Shown: positions 51,329 to 63,738 of the stretch, piece by piece | Layout of the letters: the number at the start of each line of letters is the position of its first letter | Position numbering within the stretch: the stretch's first letter is position 1 | NCBI GenBank assembly: GCA_013239625.1 | Contig: MU054391.1 | Coordinates: 8,341,095 to 8,405,094 of the forward strand | DNA length: 64,000 nt | Source of the DNA: Lama guanicoe | Taxonomy: Eukaryota | Reading direction: 5' to 3' | Translations under genes and position numbers: made by a program | Notes under the pieces: generated by a model | The model's input: only the letters and a program-made list of their open reading frames with translations | What the model was told of the DNA's origin: nothing | Databases searched by the model: none

Positions 51329-52364
51329 CTCTGGCAGAGTTTCCATACAATAGGAAGACAGTTAGTTGAGGAGGGGAAGAGGATTGGAGTCTGTTTATTT
51401 CCTCTTCCCTTGCTCCTGTCGATACATGAAGAGCAAACATACATCATCAAAAACATGTCTATGGTCCCAAGGCATTCGGGATATAAATTCCACTTTGCCT
51501 TCTTACTATTTACACAAACTCCCCCAGAAACAAGAGGAATTAGAAGAGGAGTCACTGGCCGCACTTGGCCCAGCCCCTCTTTCCTGAGCCGCAACTCGTG
51601 CCCTGAATCATGCATTTAGCAGACAGGATCAGACATGAAACCACACGTGGAGGTGAGAGAGATTCCTTTAAAAACAGCCTGCCTGCAGAATATACGTGAT
51701 TTGTTTTCCCCACTCTTACTCCCACATTGTAAACCCACTGAGAGAAAGTCCTCAACCCTGTCGGCGTCCAGCCCCCCTCAGAGGAAAGATGATTCAGCTC
51801 TGAAGCTGGTTTCAGGTGTACACAGCATCCTTCTCTTCAGCTGTATCAGTAACCAACTCACCTGTATGAAACCAGTATCTACTTTTCAGTTCATTCTGGA
51901 ATTTGAGAGGGAAAATTATCATCTTCAAACCTCACTTAAATATCCACGTACTAAGATGAAGGCAAAGGGACATTTCCTAACAGAAAATTACTAGCCATAG
52001 TCATTAGCTTATTATCTTTTCTGATTATCTGGAGCTGTGAGGAAAGTTAGCTGAGGGGATAATTCAGCCTTAGAAGAGGTGAGCTCCGCAGACATCCTGT
52101 CTTTATGAGACAGACGCTCATTCAGAAAGAATACACTGTGAGAGTATTTTGCTCAAAGTAACCCAGTCCACAAAACTGGAAATGGTTTAGAGTTTTATGC
52201 TTTTGACCGACATATAGTTCAGTAGGTAAAAGAGAATTAGAAAAGGGTAGACTTTAGAGGGTAGATTTTCCTGTTAGCCTTTCACAATCCTCCATACATC
52301 CAATGCCCTCATTCTTTCATGTCCAGACATTTTAGAATGCAGAAAAATATCACTTATAAGATGT

Positions 52365-52530
52365 GACTATGTCCATAAGATTATAAATATCATTTTCAAT
52401 TTCTTCATCTGCAAAATGGAATTATAATAAACAAATCACCAGGTTGTGGCAAGTATGAAATATAATAATATAATTAAAACACTAAGCATAATAACGTGTT
52501 CAGGTTATACTACAAGCTGGTGATTAATAG
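52365..52530 (+). mobile_element. MIR SINE
   Basis: tcaatttcttcatctgcaaaatggaattataata..aggttgtggcaagtatgaaatataata. Confidence 0.6.
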
Positions 52531-53174
52531 AATGTATCCTCTAGAGAGAAGTAGAACTATTAGAATTTTGTTTTTTTTCACAGGCCTGATTCACCATCAT
52601 AAACATCTGGGAATCCATCCTGACATCTTTGAGCACCTACTGTGTCAATCATTCTTCTTTTACTTTTAGTTCCTAAAAAAATACCTAAGACTCAAGCAAC
52701 AGAGTGTTCATGGTACGATAAGCCTTTAGATACTACATTTTTAAGATCAGCTTAAATAGTGTGTGAAATAATTCCCACCTTTCCAAAGAATAGGAAGAAT
52801 TTATACCACTCCCTGCACTGAATGGATGTACAAGGGAGGCTGGAGTGGAGCCTGCTGAGAACAGGCTGAGTGATCCCTGGGGATCTGTGCTCAGCAGTTA
52901 CCTGCCAACCACTGCAAGCTGTTTCTACTCAGATCTAGCTCGCTTAGCTTTTACAGCCCCAAAGCCAAGGGAAGACACTGTGAGAAATAATTGAAGGGAA
53001 AGTAGGACTCAAAGGAAAATAAAATCGCTGCTGGGTAATAAGGAGCAAAGCAGGAAAATCAGGAATGGATGTAAACAGAAAAAAATAAAGGTACAGAAAA
53101 ATGAGAAATGACTTCATGCATGTGCTTTCAGGCCACATATCCTATACCCTACCGCAGACACATATTAGCTGGAT

Positions 53175-53590
53175 GGCCTTTGGATGTTATTTAAACTCTC
53201 TGAGCCTCATTTTCCTTCCATATAAAAAATGGAAATAGAATTGATCCTGTACGGCGGGTAAGATGGTTAAGTGAAAACGCACGTGGAGCCCATGACACTC
53301 CTGCTAGCACCACAGATACGCATGCTGCCTGTGCCCAGAGGACATAAAGGAGAGTTAGGAGAAGCCCCACGACAGAGCGAGGAAAATATAACAAAGAGAA
53401 CAAGAGCTTTGGAGTCAGAGAAGCATTACTTTATGTCACAGACCTAGTGCTCTGCAGCATTTTGACATTTAGACTCTAAGCTTAAGCTTCCTCATCTGTA
53501 AAGTGATGACAATGAGACCCTCAGGGCAGGACGGGAAGCAATGGAGACGCGGTGGGGAGACTGCTTCTCACTGTGCATGAATAGCCCAGA
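53175..53590 (+). mobile_element. Two adjacent MIR fragments
   Basis: ttatttaaactctctgagcctcattttcc..aaaatggaaatag; agagctttggagtcaga..agcttcctcatctgtaaagtgatgacaat. Confidence 0.65.
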
Positions 53591-55004
53591 GTGAAACTGC
53601 ATTGCCTCTTACTGAAAATCCTAAGACATAAAAATGGAAATGAGTATTTTCCCAGAACTTTCAAAGATCTGTAAAGGACATTCGTGTTTATTTATTTACA
53701 TCCATTTGTTCATTATGTGTCTTCAGTATTTCTATGTCCTACATGTACAAAGACGTATCATGGATTTCTAACCACACGAGGCAACTAAATTCTTCGAGAT
53801 TAAATAACGAATATCTAGTGTTGAGACAGAACCTGGAAGTCAGGTTTATCTCAGTGGAAGCCTAAGTGTTTTTGAACTACACACCCTTCCCACTCTGCTC
53901 TTATATCAATCTGGAAAATATGTCTATTGGTTAAAAAAAAAAGAAAGAAAAAAAAACCCAAAATACCACTTTGCATCAACAAAATGGCACATCTTCCTGG
54001 AACTCTTGGACATGCAAGGGCTGTGGCAACTATCCTGTAATTCTCTAAAAGAAAAAAAAAATGGATGTGTGGGTGGAAGTTTATAATAAATGACAGAAAG
54101 AGGAAAATGTCATTAAGAAAACTTTGAAAAGTTTTATGGAAGGAAGGCCTCAAGAGTGTGTGTTTCAATGGCAGAGATGTATGCATGGCTAAAAAGCAAA
54201 GCAAATCCTGAAAAATGAACATTTGTGAGTTAACAGTTTCAATCATGAGTTCAATCATGCCCCTCAGAAGCACCTCTGAAGTTTTTTCAAAATGCTTGAG
54301 GTCAGGCTGAATCCTTGCTGTTTGGCAAGTGGAGTCTACTCAAAGGGCTGAGGCTCTCTGTGGCCCCATATCAACACCCAATTCCATGGCCAAGAGTCAG
54401 AGGAGAGAGAGCGTGGTCTTGACATGCACTGGCTCCAAAAGCCTCTGGAATAAAAAGGAACCATACAATCATCAGCCAAAGGCTAGGTTTGGCGTCCCAA
54501 GGCCATCTGTTCAATAATCCTGGAACAGGGAACAGTTTTAAATACATGAAAACAGTAGTCTACAAGATTGCAGCTAGTAACCAACTACAATTCTGGCCAA
54601 TTGTTACTCCACTTTTCCCAGGGTTGTTATTTATTTTGTTAAAAAGAAAGCAGAATTCTGGAGGGAAAGAAGTGGCTTAGGATAGAGAATCAATGTTTAC
54701 CCTTCCAGTTATAAACCAGTGTTGAGTAACTGTACAAAGGAACATGTGATAACTTTTACGATTTCTTATGATTGTCAATTAATATAAGCCTTAAGAGTTA
54801 AACCCATAAAGAAGAGACATCCATTCATTTTTTTTTTTGATGCAATAAGCATTTTCTTGGCAGGTAGCATTGTTGAGTCAGCTTTATCTTTAGAATCTTG
54901 ACTTTTTTATTTCAATAATATTCATATTTAATGGAAAGAAGCTGACAACTAAACAAAGAAAAGTATCCAACAATTCCATACATTTTAACTTCTATTGGTA
55001 CATG

Positions 55005-55035
55005 GTTTGTTTTTGTTTTGTTTTGTTTTGTTTTG
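55005..55035. repeat. (GTTTT)n pentanucleotide repeat
   Basis: gtttgtttttgttttgttttgttttgttttg read directly. Confidence 0.9.
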
Positions 55036-55424
55036 AAGGGACGGGCAAATGAGAGAGTAACTTTAAATCAACGTAACCTTTTTATTTTCAGTATCATGGA
55101 AAATAAAAATCTTTAAGGTGACCTCAGGATACAGTGTAGTTGTGAACAATGGGTTAATAAATCCAGGATCATTTCCAGTAAGTAATTTCATTACTTGCCA
55201 TATACCACTATAAGGAAAAAGACCAAAGCAACAGACATAAATTCTCTCAAGCCTCTGTAATATACTTGAAAATAACACTGGGGACCATCGAACAAAACAG
55301 AAAACTAATAAATCAAACAGAAGGCTCACCAATGGAACTACCTTAACAATCTGGAAGGGCTGAGATTATACATAGATTCTATCCTTTGAATTTTCAGTTC
55401 AGCACGGTATTTATGGCACTGTTT

Positions 55425-55600
55425 TCAGCAGTAAAACAGTGTACAATATACAGCACAAAGCTGAGTGTAGAAATTTTACTTCATGTCTTAGGTCTACCAC
55501 CCCGAGCACTTCTGCGACTTTAAACAAGTCTCTAATCATCTCTAGATCTCATTCACTTAATCCAAAGTAGCTCTCACATCCCCTCCAGCTCGAATATTCG
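55425..55600 (+). mobile_element. MIR SINE (degraded)
   Basis: tctgcgactttaaacaagtctctaatcatctctagatctca..cccctccagctcgaatattc. Confidence 0.45.
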
Positions 55601-55679
55601 TGGGCCTAAAACTTGCTTAGGGAAATATATCTTCAAGTTTCCACCATAATAGAAAATGCAGACAATCAGAACGCCTTAC

Positions 55680-56198
55680 TATATTAGTTGTGTTCTCCAA
55701 GAAACAGAATATGTATGTGTGACAGAGACAGAGAGAGCCTGAGGCGGGAAGGGAGGAGAGAACAGGGAAAAAGAGGTTTGTTATTAGAAGTGGCTCCCAC
55801 AATTATGGAGGATGAAAAGCCCCATGATCTGGAGCTGGCAAGCTGGACACCCAGGGTTCCTGACAGTGTAGATCCAGTCTGCGTGTGAAGGGCTGAGAAC
55901 AAAGAGAGCTGACGATGCAATACGTAATGCAACAGCAGGAGAAAACCGATGTCCCAGCTCAGCAGTCAGGCAGAGAGAGAGAATTCTCTCTTACTCAGCC
56001 ACTTGTTCTGTTCAGACTTTCAGCAGAATGGATGATGCCCCCCAACATGGGGGAAGGCAATACGCTCACTCACGTCTACAGATTCAAGTGCTAATTTTGT
56101 CCATAAACAGCCTCACAGACACACCCAGAAAGAATGTTTAACCAAATATCTGGGCACCTTGTGGCCTGGTCAACTTGACACAAAGATTAACCATTAGA
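55680..56198 (-). mobile_element. MLT2B-like solo LTR (ERVL)
   Basis: tatattagttgtgttctccaagaaacagaa..caattatggaggatgaaaagccccatgatctg..gcaagctggacacccagg..ctcacagacacacccagaaagaatgtttaaccaaatatctgggcac..gtcaacttgacacaaagattaaccat. Confidence 0.9.
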
Positions 56199-57221
56199 CT
56201 GTTCTTAGATATTTTGATTGGATCAAATACGCCTCTTATAAAAAATTGCAGAAAGAGAATCTCATCTTGATATTAAAAGAAATGAAAAAAACATGTCTTG
56301 ATGATATGGCATGCTTCATCTTGAGGTCAAGGGGTAGGAATAGACTATCATGGCCTGGAAGATGCTACCATAAGAAAAGCTGATTTCTAAACTCGAGACT
56401 TAGGCTCACATCCATGCTTAGGTAGCTAGATTAGAATTACTATTGTGATGATTTATCATCGTATGATTCAGCCACTCTGGAACTCAAGATGCATGGTGAG
56501 GACAATGGCTACCTTTATGTGAAATAATAGAGCTTAATTGCTAAAATGGAGTCAGGGAGATTTCTGTGGACCATTCATGAACCCATATGACACTGATGGA
56601 AAGACTGTTATTCTTCATAAATGTAAGGGCCACAGAGGTCTAGAATGACCAACTGAGGTCAGTCCCGAAAATGTGAAGAGAGTAAACACACAGTGGTGGT
56701 AGGAGTGATGTAGTCCTTCCAATCTTACTGTGCTAGGACTGATAGGAATTCGGCATGGAATTCTGTACTTCTCTACATGCCGCAGCAAGATGGTAGGACT
56801 ATAAGGATAATCAGCTGTGAAGGAAAATTCTAGAGGCCAATGCTTGAAGAACCCTGCCTGGTATCCTATTTATGTTCTTCCTCAAATGTCCCTACTTCAG
56901 TAACTAGAAATAATCCCTAGGCAACTATAAGTATAATTGGCATATTTTAAAAATTAAAACCCTAATTAAACAGATGAAAGCTTCATATCATAGTAATGTG
57001 TGTATTAAAAGAACACAGACCTTTTTATTGTCACAGGATAGTGAAGCCAAGACTTTAAGATTACACTCAAAAATCCAACTTAAAATGAGTTTTCTATAAA
57101 ATCTTCTTCTGTTGTTAGTATTCTTTTAAAGTCAAACTGTAGATTTTAATGTTGGTAGAAATGAAAGAAATACAGTGACTTTAACATGAAACATAAAATG
57201 GAGCATGAAAAAGAGAAAGCA

Positions 57222-58352
57222 ACCAGGCCAACGTAGTTTCACTGGCCATTTCCATCAAACATTTAAGAAGACATAATAACAATTATATACAATCTCTTCC
57301 AAAAGATAGAAACAGAGGGAATACATTCTAACTTAATATAAATGGCCAGCATCACCCTAATATCAAAACTAGAGGAAGATACTGTAAGAGAAATATAGCC
57401 CAATGTCTCTCACACACACAAACTTCAACAATGTATTAGTGAATCAAATCCAACAATGTATGTAAAGAATTATACACCACACCTAAGTAGGATTTTTTTT
57501 TTCAGGTATGCAAGACAGGTTCAACCTTGAAAAGTCAATTAAGATAAGTCACCATATTGACAAGCTAAAGAATATTAATCACATAATATCAGCAAATGCA
57601 GAAAAAACACTTGACAGAATTGAACATCCATTCGTGTTAAAAATTCTTAGCCAACTAGGGATTGAGAGAAACTTCCTAAATTTGATCATCCAACATCATT
57701 CTTAATGATGAAAGACTGATATTTTTCTCTAAAGTCAAGAACAGAAAAAGGATGTTCTATCTCACCATTACTATTCAACACTATAGTAGAAGTCATAGCT
57801 AATGTAATATAACAAGAAAAGGATATAAAATGCATACACTACTGGGAAGGAATAAATAAAGCTGTCTCATATAGAATGCTTGTCTGTGTAGAAAATCCCC
57901 ACCCCCCCCAAAAAATGTTATAACTAATAAATGATTAAAGTAAGACTGCAGGACACAAGAATAAATGCAAAAGTCAACTGCTTTCTGATATACCAGCAAT
58001 GAACAAGTAGAAACTGAATCTAAAAACATACCATTAATAGTAGCACCAAAAAATGAAATACTTAGGTATAAATCTACTAAAATATGTACAAGGTATATAT
58101 GAGGAAAAATTCAAACTACTAATGAAGGAAATAAAAAAATCTAAATAAATTTGGATATATTCCACATTCATAGATGTGAAAACACACTGTAATTGAGATT
58201 TCAGTTTTTTTCCCAACTTGATCTAAAGTCAATGCATTACCAATCAAATTGGCAGCAATTATTTTGAGGTTTTTAGCAAATTGATTCTAAAAGTATAAAA
58301 AAAGGCAAAAGGTCCAAAATAGCTAACACAGTATTGTGGGGAAAAAGTCAAA
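57222..58352 (+). mobile_element. LINE-1 ORF2 fragment (RT region), decayed
   Basis: ORF 57508-57705 MQDRFNLEKSIKISHHIDKLKNINHIISANAEKTLDRIEHPF matches L1 ORF2 MQGWFNIRKSINVIHHINR.K.KNHMIISIDAEKAFDKIQHPF. Confidence 0.92.
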
Positions 58353-58810
58353 GATCATAGTGTCTGATCCTTTTTATATATTGCTTGACCTGATTTGCTG
58401 ATATTTTGAGGATATTTCCATCTTTATTTATAAAAAATTGGTCTGTGATTTTCTTTTTTGTAATATCCCTTTTAGGTTTGGGTATCAGGGTAATTAATGG
58501 TGGCCTCATAGAATGACTTTGGGAATGTTCTGTCCTCTTCAATGTTTTGGAATAGCTTGAGAAGAGAAGGTATTAGCTCTTCTTTATATGTTTGGTATAA
58601 TTCCCCTGTGAAGCAGTCTGGTTCTGGACTTCTGTTTGCTTGGAGTTTTCTTATTACAAATTCAATTTCACAATAGTGATAAGTCTATTCAAATTGTCTG
58701 TTTCTTCTTGATTCTGTCTTGGTAGGCTTTATGTTTCTGGAAATATGTCCTTTTCTTCTAGGTTTTCCAATTTGTTGCCATACAACTGTTTGTAGTGTTC
58801 TCTTATGACT
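58353..58810 (-). mobile_element. Second LINE-1 ORF2 fragment in the opposite orientation
   Basis: Minus-strand ORFs give ITLIPKPKRDITKK..KILKISANQVKQYIKRIRHYD and IREHYKQLYGNKLENLEEKDIFPET, both L1 ORF2 motifs. Confidence 0.92.
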
Positions 58811-58930
58811 TTAATATGCAGTGGGAAACGAAACAAAACAAAACAAAAAGTGTGGGACTCGCTGTATTGAAACATTTGCTTTATTGTGGTGGTCTGGACC
58901 CTACCCCACAGTATCTCCAAGACATGCCTG
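58811..58930 (+). mobile_element. Tigger1 3' terminal fragment
   Basis: gcagtgggaaac..gactcgctgtattgaaacatttgctttattgtggtggtctggaccctaccccacagtatctccaagacatgcctg matches the Tigger1 right end and TIR. Confidence 0.85.
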
Positions 58931-59725
58931 TTTATCGGTACTGTTTGTACTTTTGGCTCAACTGCAATGCAAACCTTAAACTACTTAAACATAGCCTATT
59001 AGCAGAAATAATTTTTTTAAATCGGAAAACATCAGAGATCAGAACCAGTAGCTATAAACAAAAGGTAACAAAATAAATACTGCGAATGAAACATAAGAAT
59101 CCAGTGCCTGCATGCTCACAAAGGAGGTTACCTTTTTATATCCTCTCTGCCTCCTGACAAACATGTGGCACGAGAGACCCTGGGTAACGTGCCTGCTGAC
59201 TCCGGCTAAACTGTGTCAGTATTCTTTACTTGCTGTTACAAAAGAGGATTGGGGGCATTTTAGTCTTTACCATCCGTGTTCAAATACATAGAGATCGCAT
59301 GTTTAGACTCATCCAAATCTATATTCCAGAGTGAGAACATACTTAGCAGGTAACTCTAATTTAGCTACACCCTCCTCACCCACATTTCCTAAAAAACAAG
59401 ATTATAGCCCTTCTTCTTGCATTTTCGAATGCTTTCCTCTGACTGATTCCCAAGACATCCTTCATTCCTTACCATTTTACTGACCTTTCTCCTTTTCTAT
59501 TTCTAAACATTATCAATTATAGGGAACAGTTTTTTTTTCCTAGACCCTGGAAAATAGTCTGATTTTAATTTACTGAGCTACCACAAACTAATTCAGATCT
59601 CAGCCAAAGTATTTGAGCAGTCTATCGTCTGTGTTTTCAGCTGTATGTTGAGTGATGGGGCTATCAGTTGTTCAGCATAGTAAGTATTCTCTGTTACTTC
59701 TTGCTATTATGTTTCTTTAAATGTA

Positions 59726-59830
59726 AATAGTAGTAGTAGTAATGATAATAATAATGAGGAGAAGGAGGAGAGGAAGAAGAAAAGGACAGGGAAGAAGAAA
59801 AGGACGGGAAGAAGCATGAGGCGGGGAGAA
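59726..59830. repeat. Low-complexity (TAG)n(TAA)n plus GA-rich tract, probably a MIR tail
   Basis: tagtagtagtagtaatgataataataatgaggagaaggaggagaggaagaag..., followed by MIR-like antisense text. Confidence 0.7.
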
Positions 59831-60577
59831 GGACCTGCCATTCAACGGGTTTCTAAAAAACTAATGGGCACATAGAGAATTTTATAAATCATGCTTCATT
59901 TATTCTTTATTCTTTCAAGTATCACTGAGAACCAGTCAGTAACTCCTCCTGGAGTGAATGCCTTACACAATATTTAAATTTCTTTCCACATTGCACTTAC
60001 TATTTTGAAACTAGAGCTAAAGTAAAAATAAAAATAAGTAAGTTTTTTTTTCTTCTGGGCTGTATTATGTCCTTCCTCATCCTTTTAATCTTCATGAGTC
60101 TCTGCTGAATGAATGTCTGAATTACATTTAGTTTAACCAAAAACAAAATTTTTTTTAAAGGCCAGAGGAAAAGCACCAGTATGCATTTTGAACACCCTAA
60201 GAGGTGTTTTTATATATGTTGAAATAACATTCACTGATCTGAAAGAAGAAAATAGATTATTTCTATTGGTTGTAACTATGTAAATATCTTTCAGTTAAGA
60301 GCATTTTTCATCATTTCAATAACAAAAATCTCAAGTGCTTACATGGTAACAGGCACAGTCAGTGACAGACACTGGAATGGTTGCAAACCTCACTGGGCAG
60401 GATTGAGCACTAGAGTTTAGGGCGGGAAATGGAAACGGATTCCGTGTTGTTCAGGGATTGCATTCTCAGTGCTCTGAGTCTTCAGTGGATTACTCTATAA
60501 TTGCTTCATATCTAGTAACATGCAAGTTATATATAGCAACAACTTAACAAAAATAAATATATGCCATAGAGGATCAT

Positions 60578-61109
60578 TGTGGTTAACTGAGTTATTTATC
60601 ACAATTCTTCACTCCCTTGACACAGAAGATGAATTCACATGCTTGCTTGTCCTCTTTGTGGGAAGAGTATGCCTTCCATCCCCTTGATTCTGATCTTGGT
60701 TGGATGACTTGCTTTTGGTGAATGTGACGTCACAGTGCATATGATGAGAGCAGAGGCTTGAAATTATCTTATAAAGCTGGGATTGCCCTCTTGGACTCCA
60801 CTGTGAGAATAACCTCCCCAAAGGGCTGAGACCCTTTTCGTTTCAGACCCAGAATGAATGCACATGAAGCTAAGGCAAGCACAGCCCATAGCTTGGAGTC
60901 CAGACCAGCGGGACCCTCAGCTAGAAGCAGAGAGTCGCAGGGCTCAGACAATACTGGGCAGTCCACAGTCGAAATGCTAAGCTCCAAACATAATACATGG
61001 TTTCGTTCACCACCAAGATTGTACGTTTCTTTTTCATTTAACAGGTGTCTCATTCTCCAACAAAAGGCAAGGTATAGAACCACTGCAATACTGCGCATTG
61101 AATGATACA
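60578..61109 (+). mobile_element. MLT1G/H-like solo LTR (ERVL-MaLR)
   Basis: tgtggtt start; ccatccccttgattctgatcttggttggatgacttgctttt; gcagaggcttgaa; cccagaatgaatgcacatgaagc; ends tgataca. Confidence 0.75.
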
Positions 61110-61324
61110 ACAGAAATAGGTAAATGTTAACCAGAGTAACACAGGAAAAAAGTGATTATTTACAGAAGAAGGGTAAAGAAAGATTTCTCCAAATAGTTAT
61201 TAACTGAAAGAAGGGTTCATCAGGAAAAAAACAGGAGAAGAAATGGAATTTTAGGAATTTTGTAAATTTACTGGCAAAAAGTAGAGGGGAAAATCATCAA
61301 CCTAAAAGGAAAACTACCATAAAT

Positions 61325-61520
61325 ATTTTAACGCATTGAAGGTACTATGCTGCCTGCACATCACAAGCATACTTCTCAACAGTCTTCATGAGAGGAGTTT
61401 TCCAAATATGCAAACCTGTGACTTTTGAGAATGACACAGCCGGTGAGTAGCCAAACTTGGTTTTACACCCAGGCTTCTCTGATACATTATCTTCCAAATT
61501 ATCTTTCCACTATACCACAC
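61325..61520 (-). mobile_element. MIR SINE
   Basis: tctcaacagtcttcatgagagg..acacagccggtgagtagccaaacttggttttacacccagg..ctttccactataccacactg. Confidence 0.6.
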
Positions 61521-62099
61521 TGAAGTGTTGTGATTCCAAATTTCTGATCTCATTTAATAATTTCCTGCCCTTAAATTTTTTTCACTACTGAATTGGATAA
61601 ATGTGTGATTATATACACTTTTTCCACCTGTTCGGAGGAGAATAAATTATTTCCCTGTGGGCTGCAAAAAGAAATAGAAAAACAGCTTAATGATATCCCT
61701 TATGGAGTTGGTAATGATTAAAAGCACTGTGGCATTTAGATCTACTTCTCAAGAGGAACTCATAATGGGAGTCTGATAAAAAGCCAAAGAAGATCCTCCC
61801 TCTCTCTTTTCTGCCCCCAGGCTTCTAAGACTAGATAGGGTGGATGCCTACTGCATTTTAAAGAACAGAGGTCCTTGTTCAACAACAAGGCAGAGCATCT
61901 TTTAAAAGATGAATGTAATGAGGGGTCATGACCTGCATTCCTTCCATTACCAACAATTTGAATGTCGATGCACTCTGTTCCTGCAGCTGCCTGGCTAGGC
62001 TCTTGTGCACGTGCCCTTCTGAATCCTTATCATTCTTGTTTTATTTCCCCCTAACACTGTTCCCTGGGCTCAGTGCCTGTACGCGTGTGCTCTCATGTG

Positions 62100-62100
<1 letters not shown>

Positions 62101-62128
<28 letters not shown>
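62101..62128. repeat. (AC)14 microsatellite
   Basis: Perfect AC run; source of HTHTHT in ORF 61928-62179. Confidence 0.97.
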
Positions 62129-62131
<3 letters not shown>

Positions 62132-62179
62132 CACACACTAGAAGACAGCTTCTTTATGTTGTTGGTAGTAAGAAAATGA

Positions 62180-62540
62180 AAATAACTTTACAAGAGGCTG
62201 TGGCTTTCCATTTCTTGCAAGGTTAAATCCAAGCACCCTAGCGTGGAATATATGGCTCTTCAAATATTGGACTTTTTTTTTTTCTGAGAATTCCTTCCTC
62301 CTGTTCTGCACATGAGGTGTAAGTGTCAGTAAGTTTCTGACAGTTCCCTACAAGTGCCACATCTGCCTCAACTTTTCTCTTGCATGGGCCTGAACACTAT
62401 TTCTCAAATATCTTTGGTGCCTTGTAAATACTTTAAAGTTATCTGAGACCCAGCATTGGTTTCATCAGCTTCATCTGGGATTTCTCCAGCCCTCCTCTGA
62501 CCCGGGGTTAGACGGTGCCCTTCTGCACTGTTTTAGTAGC
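62180..62540 (+). mobile_element. LINE-2 fragment
   Basis: gtggctttccatttcttgcaaggttaaatccaagcaccctagcgtggaatatatggctcttca. Confidence 0.55.
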
Positions 62541-62809
62541 AGCAAGACAGTAGCCTAGGAAACTGGGTCAGCATCCAAAAAGCCAGTTTGTGGCAGGAAC
62601 ACTTTGTCAAGGAACCAGCTCTTGATGTTTATCAAATTAGTAAAAGTATGTCTTGAGGAAATAATAGTCTCAAACATATATGATTAACAAGAGTACAGTT
62701 TTCTGAAATGTCCACGAATGCAGTAAACCCTCATACCATTTTATATGACTCTATTATTTTAGTAAACACAAAGTTTATACTTGCTATGCTTTTCATCTCT
62801 CTTTATTTG

Positions 62810-63005
62810 ACCTTAGAATGCTAACTTTAGAGTAAGCCTCAGAGATCTAACTGCTTCTCTGCATCAGCAACCCCAGCATTTTACTTAGAAGAAAACTGAA
62901 ACCAGAGAAATAGTCTTTTGCCAAATGATTATAGAGCTGGTAAGTTTTACAAAAAGACCCAGGATACAGGTCTTGTGAGTATGCACTGGAGAGTGTTCAC
63001 CACAG
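62810..63005 (-). mobile_element. MIR SINE
   Basis: catttt..agaagaaaactgaaaccagagaaatagtcttttgccaaatgattatagagctggtaag. Confidence 0.6.
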
Positions 63006-63094
63006 TCTATCAATTATATAGATAGGTATAATATGCAAAAATACACACTTACATCACTTATATATTTATGTCGCCCAGAATTAGCTGAACTTGC

Positions 63095-63738
63095 TGTTAA
63101 GGGGATAGTTTACCAGAAGACTAAGTCTACCCAAGACTTCTGACACCAACCGCAAGTTTGAGGATTTCCCTAAACCACTCTCAGACTTGACAATTCACCA
63201 GAAAGACTCACAGAACCCTCTGACTGCTATGACACCCACAGACGCATTTATTCTAGGCAAAGGATACATGTTAGAACTAGCCAAAGGAAGAAGGCAGAAG
63301 GCAAGATCGGAAGGGGTCTTAAGTGGAGCTTCTGGTTATCCTCCCCCTGGGGAGTCATGGACAACATCACCTCCTCATGGCCACAATGTGTGATAATGTC
63401 CACAAAGCACTGCCAGCCAGAGAAACTCACCCCATTATGTTGTCTAGAGATTATATTGAGGATCACGTTTAACTCATATAGTTGAACAGAATCTTCAGCA
63501 GCCTCCTCCCTGGAGGCTGGGCTAATTCGTGTGGCCTAAAACCTCCAAGCCTCTAATCACATGGGTGGTCTTTCTGGTATGACCACGCCCTTCACACTCA
63601 GGCTGTCAGGTGTGGCTGAGGGACCCACATGGGTACCAAAGGCATTCTATCACTTGGGGAATTCCGAAGATACAGAGGTTACTGGGATATGGAATAAACA
63701 CACGACCTCTCTTTGGAGGCCAAATTCCTTACCACCCA
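63095..63738 (-). mobile_element. MER21C/MER77-like solo LTR
   Basis: cttctgacaccaaccgcaagtttg..aattcaccagaaagactcacagaac..caatgtgtgataatg..ctgccagccagagaaactcacc..ctctaatcacatgggtggtctttctggt. Confidence 0.8.

Noticed and set aside
51227..51619. ERV internal (gag) region after the LTR
   Set aside because: The perfect ctct TSD flanks the LTR, there is no primer-binding site, and the ORFs lack gag/pol motifs.
51768..51786. CTCF site (cctctgaggggggctgg, minus strand)
   Set aside because: Several mismatches at core positions of the CTCF consensus.
54329..54517. Ig-like SVVLTCTGS peptide
   Set aside because: No downstream YYC motif, leader exon or RSS; likely coincidence.
55620..56312. Second MER104/Kanga-like element split by the MLT2B LTR
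   Set aside because: Only a weak resemblance at 56258-56312; too degraded to support by eye.
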